From positions 1 through 64,000 of the forward strand of contig JAVECL010000035.1 in the NCBI GenBank assembly GCA_051942245.1: 64,000 bases of DNA. The letters run 5' to 3'. Below, piece by piece: positions 62,781 to 64,000 of the stretch. The stretch's first letter is position 1, and each line of letters opens with the position of its first letter. Under the pieces are notes generated by a model. It was not told where the DNA came from. It worked only from the letters and a program-made list of their open reading frames with translations, and did no database searches. The DNA is from Trypethelium eluteriae. Its lineage: Eukaryota. A program made the translations under genes and the position numbers.

Positions 62781-64000
62781 GTTCCCTGCGACAACTTCCA
62801 AGTGTTGCTGAGACGGCACATCCGCATGTTCAGAGCAGCGGTGGTACGAATGTCAACGTTTCTATGACGCTTGTAAAAAGAGGGACTGTCTGAGATGTAC
62901 GATCTTTAGGTTCTGCGAACCTTTTGTTGATTGAACATACAATAAAGCTGAGTATCGCTTGCTCACCTTCTCTTCTCCTTTATCACTTAATGAGGTACTT
63001 ATTTGCAACGGAAACCTCCTGTCTCTTTCCACTCACCAACTTCCTCCTTGCTGCTGCCAGATCATTGACGGTCTATCGCGTGTATCATTGCCATTGTCCC
63101 TTTGACCTCCCTTGCCTAGCAATCCAACACGCATATGAGGGTCGCCATCTCCACATCGCAATTGACGTAGAAAAAGACGCCTCACGTCGACCATGATTCT
63201 CATCTTCCACTTCGTGTTCTTGCCAATGTACCACAAGACCAAGCCGAGCAAGAATTCTACCATTGCCAAGTCCAGGAGTACCAGCGGGATCTATGCGAAT
63301 GCCAGATCTCTTCGCGTTAGAGATTGCTGATCCTCGAAGCGAAAAGGAAACAGTCGTAATCATCGCCGAAAAATCGGCCGTCGGCGCAAAGCTGCTGAGA
63401 AGTCCGACAGCGGCGCGGCCCCAAGGAGAGGAGGTGGGATGAAATTCGTGAAAAGTCAGAACTGCTAATGACAATCCAGTCGAGTGCCGAGACTACATGT
63501 GCCGCAGATTTTCAGCTTTATAAGCCACGCCACAAAGTTGCCAGAGATCTTGTGTCTTTTGATATTTCGTCACATCTGGATGAGAAGTGCTTTGCCAAGG
63601 ATCGGATTTCCAAGCAAGGACCTTATCGAATCCCATGACGCATGTTGGTTGACAACAAGGGTACCTCAATCCGGATTCCACATCGGCGTGCTCGAGGCCA
63701 ACTAGCTCGAATAACTATAGCTCGGGTCCCTAGACATGATATCTGTAGTACCTGGTCTATGAGGGGATCTCCGAGAGCTGAGTAAGGTAATGTAGAGGTC
63801 GGAGTCTCAGGACTCTTATAAGGCTCATTCGGGGATGCGCTAAGCTTGTAGCCATGGTAGGGCCGAAGTCAGATTCATTCTATATCGATTCGGTGAAGCA
63901 TGCAATCGCGCTGTTATGACACAGTCGATCATATGAGAAGGTTGACACTGGGCACGTGCTGGAAATGGGTTCCTCTTTCTGAAGAACCATTGCTAGTTAT

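Noticed and set aside
1..64000. Starship captain (DUF3435), transposase, reverse transcriptase, tRNA/rRNA or CRISPR array
   Set aside because: No corresponding motifs or structures seen anywhere in the window.
62900..64000. Short ORFs at the window end
   Set aside because: No recognisable motifs or consistent splice structure.

Overview
Eukaryotic, intron-containing DNA from a filamentous ascomycete (Pezizomycotina). The left ~41 kb looks accessory. It holds a DHA1 MFS transporter, a SesA-like/NB-ARC/TPR NLR interrupted by one in-frame TAG, and a decayed NAD(P) transhydrogenase fragment. Next is a compact highly-reducing PKS cluster: KS-AT-DH-cMT-ER-KR-ACP PKS, LovG/FSH1-type esterase, DHA2 MFS, PTH11-like membrane protein and FAD monooxygenase. 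This cluster is bracketed by a diverged ~0.8-0.9 kb direct repeat (4573-5366 / 23988-24892). After it come a head-to-head pair of a PD-(D/E)XK/QxxxY nuclease-like gene and an FTA2-type kinase-like gene (a candidate split, Spok-like toxin-antidote system; the kinase has an in-frame TGA), a second PTH11-like gene, a DUF2235 (Tle1-like lipase)-GTPase fusion with an antisense ORF nested in a 505-nt intron, and a Ser/Thr-rich cell-wall protein. The right ~22 kb is mostly conserved housekeeping genes (DUF3824-like, RSM18, CIA84, complex I 24-kDa subunit, Vps62-like, TFIIIC subunit) plus two small secreted proteins. All family assignments come from motif recognition by eye; no database search was run. 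Gene coordinates span introns and are hand-spliced.
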